The notes beneath the pieces are model-generated. The model saw only the letters and a program-made list of their open reading frames with translations, made no database searches and was not told the DNA's origin. Below, piece by piece: positions 47,242 to 57,322 of a stretch of 64,000 nucleotides of DNA (positions are counted from its first letter, which is position 1; every line of letters begins with the position of its first letter). Source of the DNA: an uncultured Clostridia bacterium. Its GTDB lineage: Bacteria > Bacillota > Clostridia > Oscillospirales > Ruminococcaceae. The translations under genes and the position numbers were made by a program. The stretch lies in contig CAUWNS010000002.1 of NCBI GenBank assembly GCA_963560245.1, positions 17,591 through 81,590 on the forward strand. The letters are read 5' to 3'.

Positions 47242-49287
47242 CTATGCCCGCTCACGGACATACTGCAATACTTTTGATTGGTTGAGATCCACCTTCCCAG
47301 GATTTTCTATCGGCGCCAAATAAGCAATGCAGGGATCTTTGCGGAACTGGATCAGTTTCATTTCCCCTAAAATATCCGCGCACAGCCTGGTCCGGCAATA
47401 GTTGAGCCGTCCATTCGGCATGCGGGAATACAAGACATCATAATCATAGGCAAACCGTCCTGCGGATCGGATAAACCGGTAAACTGCGGCCACATCCTCC
47501 CTGGTCGGGAGAGCCTCTTCACGCTCCTCCTGTGTCAGCGGCTCTTTTCTCCTGATTTTTTCATAAATCTGCTTGGGAGCAAACAGCCCATCCTCATCCA
47601 ATGTTGTAAGACGCAAATCCTGAACCACTGCGCTGACACGCTGCTCTCCCTGATACTCGTTGAGCGAGAGGGATATCACAATGTCCAAAACATCCCCTAC
47701 CCGATAAGGAAACTGCGCCTGTTCCATACGGAAATACATCACATACAGGCTGTCCTGCCCATCACTGAGGCGCAGTCTCAGATGCTTCCCATTGGACACC
47801 GGGTAAATGCCGGTCAAGCGGCATCCCATCAATCCATAAGCTGGGGCCTCATTGCCGTTTCCAAAGGGCTCCAGACGATGCTGTTCCTGAATCAGCGCAA
47901 GTGTTGCCTGAGAAGGGGAGAGAAGCCTGTCGATTTTTAGCTGGGACACCGGCATATAATCTCCCGTCTGCCGGGCATATTCCAAAATCCGCTGGCGAAA
48001 AGCATCTATTTTTTCTGTCTTTATCGTCAGGCCTGCCGCCTGCATGTGCCCGCCATACCGGAGCAAAAGATCATCGCAAGCGCAAAGCGCGTCAAACAGG
48101 GAAAATTCCCCGACGCTTCTGCCGGAACCCCGTCCTTCCCCATGTTCACAGGAGATAAGGAAACAGGGTTTTCCATATTTCTCAACCAGTTTTGCCGCCA
48201 CAATGCCGACAACGCCATGATGCCACCCCTCTCCGGCCAGGATAAGCACCCGATCATAGAGCAGGGAGGGGTTGTTTTGCAGCGTGCGGGAGATATCCTC
48301 CAGAATTTTTTCTTCCAGCGCCTTGCGTTCCCGGTTCTGCTCATCAATTTCCTGCGCAAGCGAGGCCGCAAACTCTTCATCGTCTGTGGTGAGGAGATCG
48401 ACGGCCTTTTTGGCATGTCCCAGCCGGCCTGTCGCATTAATCCGGGGGACCAGGCCAAAGGCAATTGTCTCGCTTGTCACAGTGCGTCCGGAAACGCCTG
48501 CCGCTTCCATCAATGCACGAAGGCCGATGTTTTCCGTTTCAGAAAACTTTGCAAGACCCCGTTTTACAATAATACGGTTTTCCCCGGACATTGGCATAAC
48601 GTCCGCAACCGTACCGATGGTAACTAATTCCGCATAATAATCCAGCATGGATTCGATATCTTCTTCCAAAGCGCATACCAGTTTGAAAGCGACCCCAACA
48701 CCGGCGAGACCTTTAAAGGAAGTCGTATCATCCGGGCGATAGGGATCCACTACTGCAAATGCTTCGGGAAGCTGTTCCTTCGGACGATGGTGATCGGTTA
48801 CTACCACATCCATCCCCAGGGAATTGGCATAGGCAATTTCCTCCACAGCGGTGATCCCATTGTCCACCGTAATCATCAGGGTGATCCCCATTTTCGCAAT
48901 CGTATCAATTGCTTTTTTATTCAAGCCGTATCCTTCCCCGTCCCGGGTGGGAATATAGTAGCGGACATCTGCACCCATGGATTCGAGGTACGTAAAGAGA
49001 ACTACCGTAGCGGTTACTCCGTCCGCATCATAATCCCCATAGATTGCCATCATTTCGCCTTCTTCGATCCCGCGGCGAATCCGCTGGACGGCACGATCCA
49101 TATCCTTGAGCGCATAGGGGTTTTCCAGTTGTCCATCTGCGGAAAGGAATTGCGAAATCGTCTCTGGAGTATGATATCCGCGTGCCAGGAGCAGACTGCA
49201 CAGGTATTCAGACTCCCCGCACTGCTGACCGACTGTTTGCACCTCAGACTGATCAATTTGAGGCATTTTCCATCTCTTCATGCCCAT
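47242..49287 (-). CDS. recJ: Single-stranded-DNA-specific exonuclease RecJ
   Basis: DHH motifs (IYGDYDADGV; VVTDHH) and a DHHA1 region. SD AGGAGGGA before ATG 49287. Confidence 0.9.
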   Translation of the reverse strand: MGMKRWKMPQIDQSEVQTVGQQCGESEYLCSLLLARGYHTPETISQFLSADGQLENPYALKDMDRAVQRIRRGIEEGEMMAIYGDYDADGVTATVVLFTYLESMGADVRYYIPTRDGEGYGLNKKAIDTIAKMGITLMITVDNGITAVEEIAYANSLGMDVVVTDHHRPKEQLPEAFAVVDPYRPDDTTSFKGLAGVGVAFKLVCALEEDIESMLDYYAELVTIGTVADVMPMSGENRIIVKRGLAKFSETENIGLRALMEAAGVSGRTVTSETIAFGLVPRINATGRLGHAKKAVDLLTTDDEEFAASLAQEIDEQNRERKALEEKILEDISRTLQNNPSLLYDRVLILAGEGWHHGVVGIVAAKLVEKYGKPCFLISCEHGEGRGSGRSVGEFSLFDALCACDDLLLRYGGHMQAAGLTIKTEKIDAFRQRILEYARQTGDYMPVSQLKIDRLLSPSQATLALIQEQHRLEPFGNGNEAPAYGLMGCRLTGIYPVSNGKHLRLRLSDGQDSLYVMYFRMEQAQFPYRVGDVLDIVISLSLNEYQGEQRVSAVVQDLRLTTLDEDGLFAPKQIYEKIRRKEPLTQEEREEALPTREDVAAVYRFIRSAGRFAYDYDVLYSRMPNGRLNYCRTRLCADILGEMKLIQFRKDPCIAYLAPIENPGKVDLNQSKVLQYVRERA

Positions 49288-49398
49288 GCCTGCTCCCTCC
49301 TTTTCCTGATTGCAGGGATTCTCCCTCAAAAAATTTGTATCCTTTATTTTACCATTGAACGCATGCGGATTCAATCTTTTTCCGGTAAAGGAGAGCCG

Positions 49399-50643
49399 CT
49401 ATTCTCCCCATTCGAAAAGGGCACAGAGTACTTTGTTATCCGAAGTATCGTTTAATATAATTACCCGCCCATAAAAATCTGCTCTCTGCCCAATCTGCCG
49501 TGCGTATGCGTCCCATTCATCCGTGGTAAAGTGGTTCTGCGCGTCCAACAGCTGTCTGGCGCCCGTAAAATGGAAAGATAAAAAAACGCTGCGTAACCCT
49601 TTTTTCTTTTTTAATACCTCCGCAGCCGCTGTAAGGAAGCGCTCCTTTTCCCATCCTTCCTGTACAGCGTCATAAATCCGTCCCGCAGGTTTCGGGGCGG
49701 TACAGGCATCCACCTTATCTCTTATGAACGGGTTCAAAATATTGTTTCCCGGCCCGAGCGCCTGTTGTTCTGTCATAAGAAAACCGCTATAGGATATCGC
49801 CTCCCGGCCATCGGCGCCAGCAGAAGAAAACGTATCCCACATCTGCCGGGTCACCAGAGAACCGCGGGAAGCATCTACATGATAGGGGGTTCCGTCTACC
49901 ACAGCAATGTTCCACACATGCCCGACATCGCTCCCCACATCTGAACCATGATAATATACCTTATAGCACTCCATCCCCGCCATCTGATAGAGAAGCTGCA
50001 AGGAGGATGCAAACCCATCGCAATTCGCTTTCCCCAGTTCAAACACGCCGTTCATCAGTGCATAATCTTCCCCCTTCTCCGAAGTATAGGTCACGTTTTT
50101 CACCAAATATTCATACAAATATTTGGCGCGGGAAAACTCGTCCATCCCCTGTGGCATTTGGGATATCACCTCCCGCGCCCGTGGGATCATTTTCTCATTC
50201 CTGCGTATACCTTCAAATTCCTTTTCATTGATGCGGAGTTTGGTTTCTCCCGGCCGCAGAGCCATTTCCATTGAAAACATACTGGTCGTATACTGTGGGT
50301 AATCCGCCTTGAGCACTGCATTGATATTGGCAACGCTTTCCTGATCGTATTCCTCTGCCAGACGGACTTTTTCCGAGCCGTGGTCATAGGCATATTTCAG
50401 CGCCTGATAGAGCAGCTGCTCCTTTTTGCTCAGAAATTTCTCATAATGCGAAGAAGTGTATTCCTCATACTCCCCCTGATAAGCAAGTACCTGCTCTTCT
50501 TGCTGGCGCTGCCCGTCAAAACGGATGGAAGGATCCTGGGCTTCCCACAAAAACAGAACGCCCAGGACAATGGCTGCCGTTACCAGACTGACAGAAAAAT
50601 ATCTCAGAAAAGTCTGTAGAATCCCGGATTTTTTTAATTTCAA
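49399..50643 (-). CDS. Transglutaminase-like (papain-fold) membrane-anchored protein
   Basis: N-terminal TM. GKANCDGFASSLQLL .. GHVWN core. TTG start overlapping the upstream TGA (TTGA) with SD GAGGAG 8 nt upstream. Confidence 0.7.
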   Translation of the reverse strand: MKLKKSGILQTFLRYFSVSLVTAAIVLGVLFLWEAQDPSIRFDGQRQQEEQVLAYQGEYEEYTSSHYEKFLSKKEQLLYQALKYAYDHGSEKVRLAEEYDQESVANINAVLKADYPQYTTSMFSMEMALRPGETKLRINEKEFEGIRRNEKMIPRAREVISQMPQGMDEFSRAKYLYEYLVKNVTYTSEKGEDYALMNGVFELGKANCDGFASSLQLLYQMAGMECYKVYYHGSDVGSDVGHVWNIAVVDGTPYHVDASRGSLVTRQMWDTFSSAGADGREAISYSGFLMTEQQALGPGNNILNPFIRDKVDACTAPKPAGRIYDAVQEGWEKERFLTAAAEVLKKKKGLRSVFLSFHFTGARQLLDAQNHFTTDEWDAYARQIGQRADFYGRVIILNDTSDNKVLCALFEWGE

Positions 50644-52253
50644 ACAGGCTTCTCCTCTCTTATATCGGGTCGATATCTCTCCATAACCGCCTGAGCCTGC
50701 CGCAGACCATCCACCGCGGCACTCATGATTCCGCCGGCATACCCCGCGCCTTCTCCACAGGGATAGAGGCCTTCTAAGCCAGGCGCCTGGCCATCTTCCC
50801 CTCTTGTTACACGGATCGGGGAAGACGTTCTGGTCTCCACTCCGGTCATCACTGCCTGATTTCCGGCAAAACCCTTTATTTTTCTGTCAAAAGCACGCAG
50901 TCCGGTTTCCAGCATCTCGTTAATCTTATCCGGAAACAGAGCGTGCAGTTCGCTTTCCTGAATAGAAAGCGCGTAACTTGGTACTGTATGCCCTTTTGAG
51001 AATCCAGGTTTTTTTTCCAAAAAATTGACTGCACCCTGTGCCGGTGCACGGTAACTGCCAGTTCCCATTTGGAATGCCCTGCGTTCTAACTGCCTTTGGA
51101 AATCCATGCCGTCCAACGGGGAAGAGCCAAAATCACTGGGATCCACCGATACCACCAGAGCCGCATTTGCATTCTCCCGATCCCGGGCATATTCACTCAT
51201 ACCGTTGACAACTACTGTCTGTTCCTCACTTGCCGCTGGGACAACCACTCCTCCCGGGCACATGCAAAAGGTATATACTGCTCTTCCATCCTGGCGCAGA
51301 GAAAGCTGATAAGAGGCTGGCCCCAGTAAAGGATGCCCTGCAAATCCATGATAAAGAGCGCGATCAATCATCGCCTGCGGGTGCTCAATCCTTACTCCAA
51401 CGGAAAATGGTTTTGGTTCCAGCAAAACGCCTTGACCGAGCAGCATGGAAAAAGTATCCCTTGCGCTGTGTCCAGGCGCCAAAATTACCACCTGCGCCGG
51501 AATCTGTTTTCCATTTGTCAGCACTGCCGATATTTTTCCGCGGCTGACCGCAAACCCTGTCAAACAGGTATGGAACAGAATTTCCCCACCAAGGGAGCGG
51601 ATTTCTTCCCGGATAGAAGTCACAATACCGCGCAGTTTATCCGTCCCAATATGCGGTTTTGCCTGATACAGGATTTCCTCCGGAGCCCCATGCTGTACAA
51701 AAGTTTTCAGGACGAAGCTGCACCGGCTATCATGGATTCGGGTGGTCAGTTTGCCGTCGGAAAAAGTTCCCGCGCCGCCTTCTCCAAACTGGACGTTTGT
51801 CTGCGTATTCAAAATTCCCTGTCTCCAAAAGTGCTCAACCGCTCCTATACGCTCTTCCATTGGAGCGCCGCGCTCCAACACAATTGGACGATAGCCACTG
51901 CGCGCCAGCAAAAGCGCGGCAAACATCCCGGCCGGGCCGAATCCAACCACAACCGGCCGGCTTTGCAGCCCCGTTTCCCCATAGGAAATAGAGAGAGGAG
52001 CCTCCTGATGCAATGTGATAAACGGGGAGCGGAGTTTTTTCACAAGCGGTGCTTCCCGGGACGGATCGCTTAACTCCACCGCAACGGAGCAGACCAAGAA
52101 AATTTCCCTGCGTCTGGCGTCAATCGATGTTTTCACAAGGGACGCTTTTTCTATTTGCGACTGTGCAATCCCCAGTTTCTGTTTTGCCAATTCCAGAGCG
52201 TCTTCCGTTGTCTGGTGAAGCGATATCCTCAATGAGGAAATGATTATTGCCAT
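50640..52253 (-). CDS. FAD-dependent protein (COG2509-type oxidoreductase)
   Basis: Dinucleotide-binding VVVGFGPAGMFAAL. Start ATG 52253 (SD GGAAAGGA) preferred over 52337. Confidence 0.8.
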   Translation of the reverse strand: MAIIISSLRISLHQTTEDALELAKQKLGIAQSQIEKASLVKTSIDARRREIFLVCSVAVELSDPSREAPLVKKLRSPFITLHQEAPLSISYGETGLQSRPVVVGFGPAGMFAALLLARSGYRPIVLERGAPMEERIGAVEHFWRQGILNTQTNVQFGEGGAGTFSDGKLTTRIHDSRCSFVLKTFVQHGAPEEILYQAKPHIGTDKLRGIVTSIREEIRSLGGEILFHTCLTGFAVSRGKISAVLTNGKQIPAQVVILAPGHSARDTFSMLLGQGVLLEPKPFSVGVRIEHPQAMIDRALYHGFAGHPLLGPASYQLSLRQDGRAVYTFCMCPGGVVVPAASEEQTVVVNGMSEYARDRENANAALVVSVDPSDFGSSPLDGMDFQRQLERRAFQMGTGSYRAPAQGAVNFLEKKPGFSKGHTVPSYALSIQESELHALFPDKINEMLETGLRAFDRKIKGFAGNQAVMTGVETRTSSPIRVTRGEDGQAPGLEGLYPCGEGAGYAGGIMSAAVDGLRQAQAVMERYRPDIREEKPV

Positions 52254-52279
52254 CGTTTCCAAATCCTTTCCCGTAGTAA

Positions 52280-52308
52280 GAAAGCGCGCAGCTGTACTGC
52301 GCGCTTTC
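52280..52308 (-). other. Intercistronic 12-bp perfect stem-loop between cdaR and the FAD-protein gene
   Basis: GAAAGCGCGCAG / CTGCGCGCTTTC with a 5-nt loop. No U-tract on either strand. Confidence 0.6.
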
Positions 52309-52320
52309 AAAACTTCCTGC

Positions 52321-53604
52321 TCAGTTTTTCGATACATTCACAGTCACTGTATACTCACCATATGCCCACAACTGCCCTTTACTCGGAGCATAGACGGTGA
52401 CTGCTACACTCATACGTCCTTCTGCAATTTCTACCGTATTCATGTTTACTTCTGCCACCAAATCTGTTGCAGCAAGACTTGCAAGCACATCCGAAGTGCC
52501 AACCACCGTGACATTGGATATACTCTCCGTCTCCGCCGTTACGGTATACCCTTCCGGGGCGTTGACTACCCGGACATTGGGCACTGTGAACACCTTGCTT
52601 TCATACCCCGTGGTATCAAATTTTACCTTAACCTGTTCCGCACCGGAAAGGTTTGTAAAATTGGTGGGAATGACCACATCATAGGTAAGTTCTGTGTTAA
52701 GCGCAAGGTTTTTAAAGTCAATATAGCCCAGGTTCAGAGAGGAGAGGCTGTCGACCTTGTCCTCTGGACCCGCAATCTCTAATGCCGAAGGGGTAACTGT
52801 ATAGGGAAGCTTGGAAATGTCAAACCCATCCGGCATGTTCAAATAGTCAAAAGAGATAGGGACTTCTTTTGTTTTAAGAATAGGGACAGTTACCTGGACG
52901 GTATCTTCGCTCAAATTCAGTCCCTTTGCGGACACCTCCGTCCCTTCTGTGTTGTAAAAGGTCAGGCCTGCTGAAACCGTCACTGTCTGTTTCAGGACAT
53001 CGCTGAGTTCTGCTTTCGCCACACAGCGCGTAATCTGCTCCACTTCTGTCTCCGGCCCGGAAACGGTTACTTTCGCCGGCTGTGCTGTAGATTTCACTTT
53101 GACAAAACCATCTGCAACCTTGATCCCGGAGACATCGGTTTCCACCTCCAGCTCTTTGGTAACAACCGTATCAAACCGCACTTTGGTTACCTGAGAAGGG
53201 TAGGAGACAATTTCAAATTCCGAATTAGGGCTGCGTTTGCTTACCCTCAAGTCAAGATCATAGGTTCCCGGACCATCCACCTTATCCAGGACAGCAATCA
53301 CAGAAATATCATCTGCTGTAACACCACCGACAATATTTCTGGCCCCGCGGATGACAACATCCACTGTCTGCTGAGTACCCCCAATAACGCTTAACGACAT
53401 TCCGTCCGTGGATATCTGTACAGGAATATCCCGGATTACCCGAGAAGTTTCCGGGCTGACATTCATCGCCACAATAAACCAGGTTACAATTGCGGCAAAA
53501 ATCGAAAACGCCCTTAAAAAGCGATCGTCATGAAACAATTTGCTGAATGTATGTTTCCTGCGTCTTTTATTCTTCTGTTCTTCTGTTTTTTTCTGTTCGC
53601 TCAT
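52321..53604 (-). CDS. cdaR: YbbR-domain protein, c-di-AMP cyclase regulator CdaR
   Basis: N-terminal TM followed by repeated beta-rich YbbR-like modules. ATGA overlap with cdaA. Confidence 0.85.
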   Translation of the reverse strand: MSEQKKTEEQKNKRRRKHTFSKLFHDDRFLRAFSIFAAIVTWFIVAMNVSPETSRVIRDIPVQISTDGMSLSVIGGTQQTVDVVIRGARNIVGGVTADDISVIAVLDKVDGPGTYDLDLRVSKRSPNSEFEIVSYPSQVTKVRFDTVVTKELEVETDVSGIKVADGFVKVKSTAQPAKVTVSGPETEVEQITRCVAKAELSDVLKQTVTVSAGLTFYNTEGTEVSAKGLNLSEDTVQVTVPILKTKEVPISFDYLNMPDGFDISKLPYTVTPSALEIAGPEDKVDSLSSLNLGYIDFKNLALNTELTYDVVIPTNFTNLSGAEQVKVKFDTTGYESKVFTVPNVRVVNAPEGYTVTAETESISNVTVVGTSDVLASLAATDLVAEVNMNTVEIAEGRMSVAVTVYAPSKGQLWAYGEYTVTVNVSKN

Positions 53605-54461
53605 CGACGTTTCACCTTCCAGAAGGGAGTCCTCTTTTCAGCTGTTTCTGCCACAGGCTCCGGTATCAGTTCGCGTTCCAGCGTTGCCTTGAGCATCTGG
53701 AAATCAAAATTACGCTTGAGCGTTCCATTTTGAGCTACCGTAATCACGCCGGTTTCTTCGGAAACAACCAAAACCACAGCATCCGAATTTTCACTCATAC
53801 CCAGCGCAGCGCGGTGACGGGTTCCCAGTTCCCGGCTGATTGTATAATTCTCTGACAGGGGCAAAAAGCACCCCGCAGCATGCATTCTTCCGTTGCGGAT
53901 AATCATGGCGCCGTCATGAAGCGGGGAATTCGGGAAAAAAATATTCCCAATTAGTTCTGGGCTTGGGTCTGCATCAATAACAGTACCTGTGCGGATAATA
54001 TCTCCCAATTTCGTCTGCTTCTCACAGACAATCAGCGCCCCGATTTTCTGTTTGGACAGAGATACGCATGCTTCACAGATTGCATCAATCGCATGCTCCC
54101 AGCACGAAACATCATCCTCGTCTTCCCTAGCCGCAAATACGCTGCCAATTTTTGCACGCCCAACCTGTTCCAAAAGCTTTCGCAATTCCGGCTGAAAGAC
54201 CACAACAATGGCAATGATTCCAAAATTCGCAAGATTCACCAGTAAAAAGCTCATGGTTTTCAGTCCAAGCTGTGTGGAAATCAGATATGCCGCCCCGAGA
54301 ATAATAATCCCCTTTACCAGCTGTTCCGCACGGGTTTCTCGCAGGAGCTGGATCAATTTGTAAATCAAAAATGCGACAATGAGTATATCAATGACATCAA
54401 AGACGGTAATGGTTTTAATTACGGAAAGGCACGACTGCCAAAACGCCGTCAAAATTTCCAT
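53601..54461 (-). CDS. cdaA: Diadenylate cyclase CdaA
   Basis: Three N-terminal TM helices plus DAC-domain motifs (DGAMIIRNGRM; GTRHRAALGMSE). SD AAGGAA before ATG 54461. Confidence 0.9.
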   Translation of the reverse strand: MEILTAFWQSCLSVIKTITVFDVIDILIVAFLIYKLIQLLRETRAEQLVKGIIILGAAYLISTQLGLKTMSFLLVNLANFGIIAIVVVFQPELRKLLEQVGRAKIGSVFAAREDEDDVSCWEHAIDAICEACVSLSKQKIGALIVCEKQTKLGDIIRTGTVIDADPSPELIGNIFFPNSPLHDGAMIIRNGRMHAAGCFLPLSENYTISRELGTRHRAALGMSENSDAVVLVVSEETGVITVAQNGTLKRNFDFQMLKATLERELIPEPVAETAEKRTPFWKVKRR

Positions 54462-54620
54462 AGTACACGTTCCTTCGCTTTCCAAAAGAATATCCGTTCA
54501 TCTTTTTCTATTTTATCATATTCCCGTCCATTTTCAATGCCTTTGACAGAATTAGGCCAAATTCCCAGTTCTTCCGATTTTCTGCCGGGAAATCGGCACC
54601 TTTTTTGAGAAAAACTCCGG

Positions 54621-55775
54621 CTATGTCCGTTTTTCTGCAATTTTTTTTATCATCCATGCAAATCGTTCCGTTTCGTGAAGCGTATGGAACGCCGAGAAAC
54701 TTGCCCGTACCGTCCCGGCCTCCAATGTGGAAAATGCGCGGTGCGCAAGAGGAGCACAATGCAGCCCCGCACGTACGGCTGCACCCATCCGGTTAAGGGC
54801 AGATGCTGTTTCCTCTGAATGCATCCCTCTGACGTTAAAACTGATAACCGGCACATGGCTGCTTTCCTGAGGACACTCGGTATAGAGCGTAATATCCGGA
54901 TTTCTTTTCAGCTGTTGATACAGGGCACGGGCAAGTTTCCTTTCATGCGCCTCAATTCTGGAAATCCCCAGCCGGTTTACAAAATCCAGCCCCGCAGAAA
55001 GTCCGCAGATCCCCACCGTGTTGATGGTCCCGCTTTCCAGACGGTCGGGAAGCAAATCCGGCTGGGCCAAATCTTCTGAAAAACTACCCGTCCCTCCCTC
55101 CATTATCGTTTGAGGGAGTTCTCCCGGTGCCGCTATCAAAATTCCGGTTCCCGTCGGCCCATACAGTCCCTTATGTCCCGCCGTACACAGGCAGGCATTC
55201 GGCATTTTTTTTAAATCAATCGGAAGCACTCCCGCAGTTTGGGCCGCATCGATGATCAGGCGCAGACCATAGCTTTCACACAGCGCATACAGCCGCTGCA
55301 CCGGAACCACCACCCCAAACACATTGGAAGCATGGGTGGTAATAATCGCGCTGGTCTGACCCGGGCGGATCTCCCGTTCAAAATTCCGGACTGTCTGATC
55401 GGGATCGCCTTCCACCACGTGAGCAACGGAACAGGCCACTCCCAGCCGCTGCGACAGGGCATACACCGGCCTGGAAACCGCATTGTGTTCCAAATCGGAA
55501 ATAACTACATGACAGTTTGGCGCAAGGTAACCTTTGATGGCAAAATTAGTTGCCTCTGTACAGTTTTTCAGGAAAATTACCCGCTCTGCCTCCTCACACC
55601 CAAACAGTTTCGCCGCCTTTTCCCGGCACTCATACACCATTTGCGCCGCCTTCAGAGACAGAGCATGTCCACCGCGGCCAGGATTGCCGCCAAAGCGGGT
55701 CACCGCGGACGATACCGCCCGGGCGACCTGCGGCGGTTTTGGATAGGTGGTTGCCGCATTGTCGAAATACATCAT
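54621..55775 (-). CDS. Class V aminotransferase / cysteine desulfurase-like (possibly selenocysteine lyase-like)
   Basis: PLP-lysine region CTAGHKGLYGPTGTGIL. ATGA overlap with the upstream DUF3343-like gene. Confidence 0.8.
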   Translation of the reverse strand: MMYFDNAATTYPKPPQVARAVSSAVTRFGGNPGRGGHALSLKAAQMVYECREKAAKLFGCEEAERVIFLKNCTEATNFAIKGYLAPNCHVVISDLEHNAVSRPVYALSQRLGVACSVAHVVEGDPDQTVRNFEREIRPGQTSAIITTHASNVFGVVVPVQRLYALCESYGLRLIIDAAQTAGVLPIDLKKMPNACLCTAGHKGLYGPTGTGILIAAPGELPQTIMEGGTGSFSEDLAQPDLLPDRLESGTINTVGICGLSAGLDFVNRLGISRIEAHERKLARALYQQLKRNPDITLYTECPQESSHVPVISFNVRGMHSEETASALNRMGAAVRAGLHCAPLAHRAFSTLEAGTVRASFSAFHTLHETERFAWMIKKIAEKRT

Positions 55776-56014
55776 AAAATCCGTTCTCCCCTCTCACCGA
55801 AAATCATAACATCAAGACCCCGTTGGTTTTGCAGTATATCTGCCGCCTGCCGTATCCGGTTCGCAGAAACCCGGACACAGTAACTGCAACCCCTTCCAGC
55901 AAGAAACGAAGGAGTTTTTTCAATATCAGAATAGATACCAGCACGGGCAAGCGTTTCTTTGACCCGCAGGGCCTGCGTGACGGAACGCACAATCAAATAA
56001 GGCCTTCCCGTCAT
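55772..56014 (-). CDS. DUF3343-like small protein (putative S/Se carrier-like)
   Basis: 80-aa protein (YLIVRSVTQALRVKETLARAGIYSDIEKTP..GCSYCVRV). SD GGAGG 8 nt before ATG 56014. Confidence 0.7.
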   Translation of the reverse strand: MTGRPYLIVRSVTQALRVKETLARAGIYSDIEKTPSFLAGRGCSYCVRVSANRIRQAADILQNQRGLDVMIFGERGERIL

Positions 56015-56348
56015 GATAAAGACCTCCATTTCTATAAAAAAGAGCCCCTTGCCGGCGCCGGTTCACCGCCATAGGGACCCTGGGCAAAATTAGCATCTTC
56101 TGGTTTTATCCTATGCGGGGAACCTTTGAAATGTGTCCGGACAGGCTATTTTTTTGAAGCAGCGGAAAAACGGCTGGTTATGACGATAAAACCGGCTCTG
56201 AGACAATTAGGGAGCCCTGATCTTTTATGATTTTTCCCCATCCCCTTAATTCCCAGTTCTTTTTACGAAAAGCCACACTCTGTTCAAAATTCCATGCTAC
56301 ACTCCAATCCAATCAGAATATTATTTTCAGGTTTCAGGATGTGAAAAA

Positions 56349-57083
56349 ATGAAAAAACTGCTATGTCTCTTCCTCAGCTGCTTTTTATTGATTTCTCTTG
56401 TTTCCTGTAAAAACAACCGTTACGGGGATTCGGCGGAACCTTCTGCCGCAACGGATTCAAAGTCAGAAAATCGTTTTGTTCCAAATACAGAACGGGAAGA
56501 GGAGCCAAACGGAGAGTCCCCTCTTTATCGGGTCTATGCGGACGCACTGCCCGCTCCCATTTCCCCGGCTCTTGAAAAGGGAAGCTGCCAATTCGGGGAA
56601 AGGACACTTCTTTTGGAAGATCCGGCGGAGAACAGACCGGAACAGTTAGTTGCAGAATACCACTATTACCAGCTTTCCGCAGAGCCGAAAAAGATTTCCA
56701 AACTATTAGGAAAAACAGAGATGATGCAGGCACATCTCACTGGGATAGAACAGGAATACAAAGAGGGGATTTCCCCCATAAAATGCACAGTATACCGGCT
56801 GAACACCCTGACAAAAGAGGACATTGCCGCCGCTAATCCATACCAAAAACAAAAGCTGCTCGATATGATAAGAGCCCTTCAAATAGAAGAATACGCAGTG
56901 ATATGCGCGGAGGTTTCCTATATATATCCGGCCGATATCCCCCCGATGGATCCCGGCCCCATCCCGGGAAGACATGCGGAATACTTTCTGTCGGCGGTTA
57001 TCAAAGACAACCCCGAATGGAAGCTGTATGCAAGGGGCATGGAATTTGTCCGTTCTACAGGCTCCAGTCAGCCTTCTGTGTAA
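56349..57083 (+). CDS. Putative lipoprotein, function unknown
   Basis: Signal peptide with lipobox LISLVSC. Confidence 0.6.
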   Translation: MKKLLCLFLSCFLLISLVSCKNNRYGDSAEPSAATDSKSENRFVPNTEREEEPNGESPLYRVYADALPAPISPALEKGSCQFGERTLLLEDPAENRPEQLVAEYHYYQLSAEPKKISKLLGKTEMMQAHLTGIEQEYKEGISPIKCTVYRLNTLTKEDIAAANPYQKQKLLDMIRALQIEEYAVICAEVSYIYPADIPPMDPGPIPGRHAEYFLSAVIKDNPEWKLYARGMEFVRSTGSSQPSV

Positions 57084-57322
57084 GCAGGACGTTTAAGAGA
57101 AAGCAACCCCGTATTCGTCCGGACAATCACACAGATGTATTTTCCTTCGGAAACCATACTGGGAAAGAGAAAAACGTCTTTGTTTCCATGCAGGTGCAAA
57201 ACCAGGAAACGCTTGCTCCCATTACAAGAAAAAGCAACTACACATCAGGAAAACTTGACAATTGTTTTCTTAGAGTATAGACTATTTTTGGAAATTATAT
57301 TAAGAAACGGGAGGAAATAACC

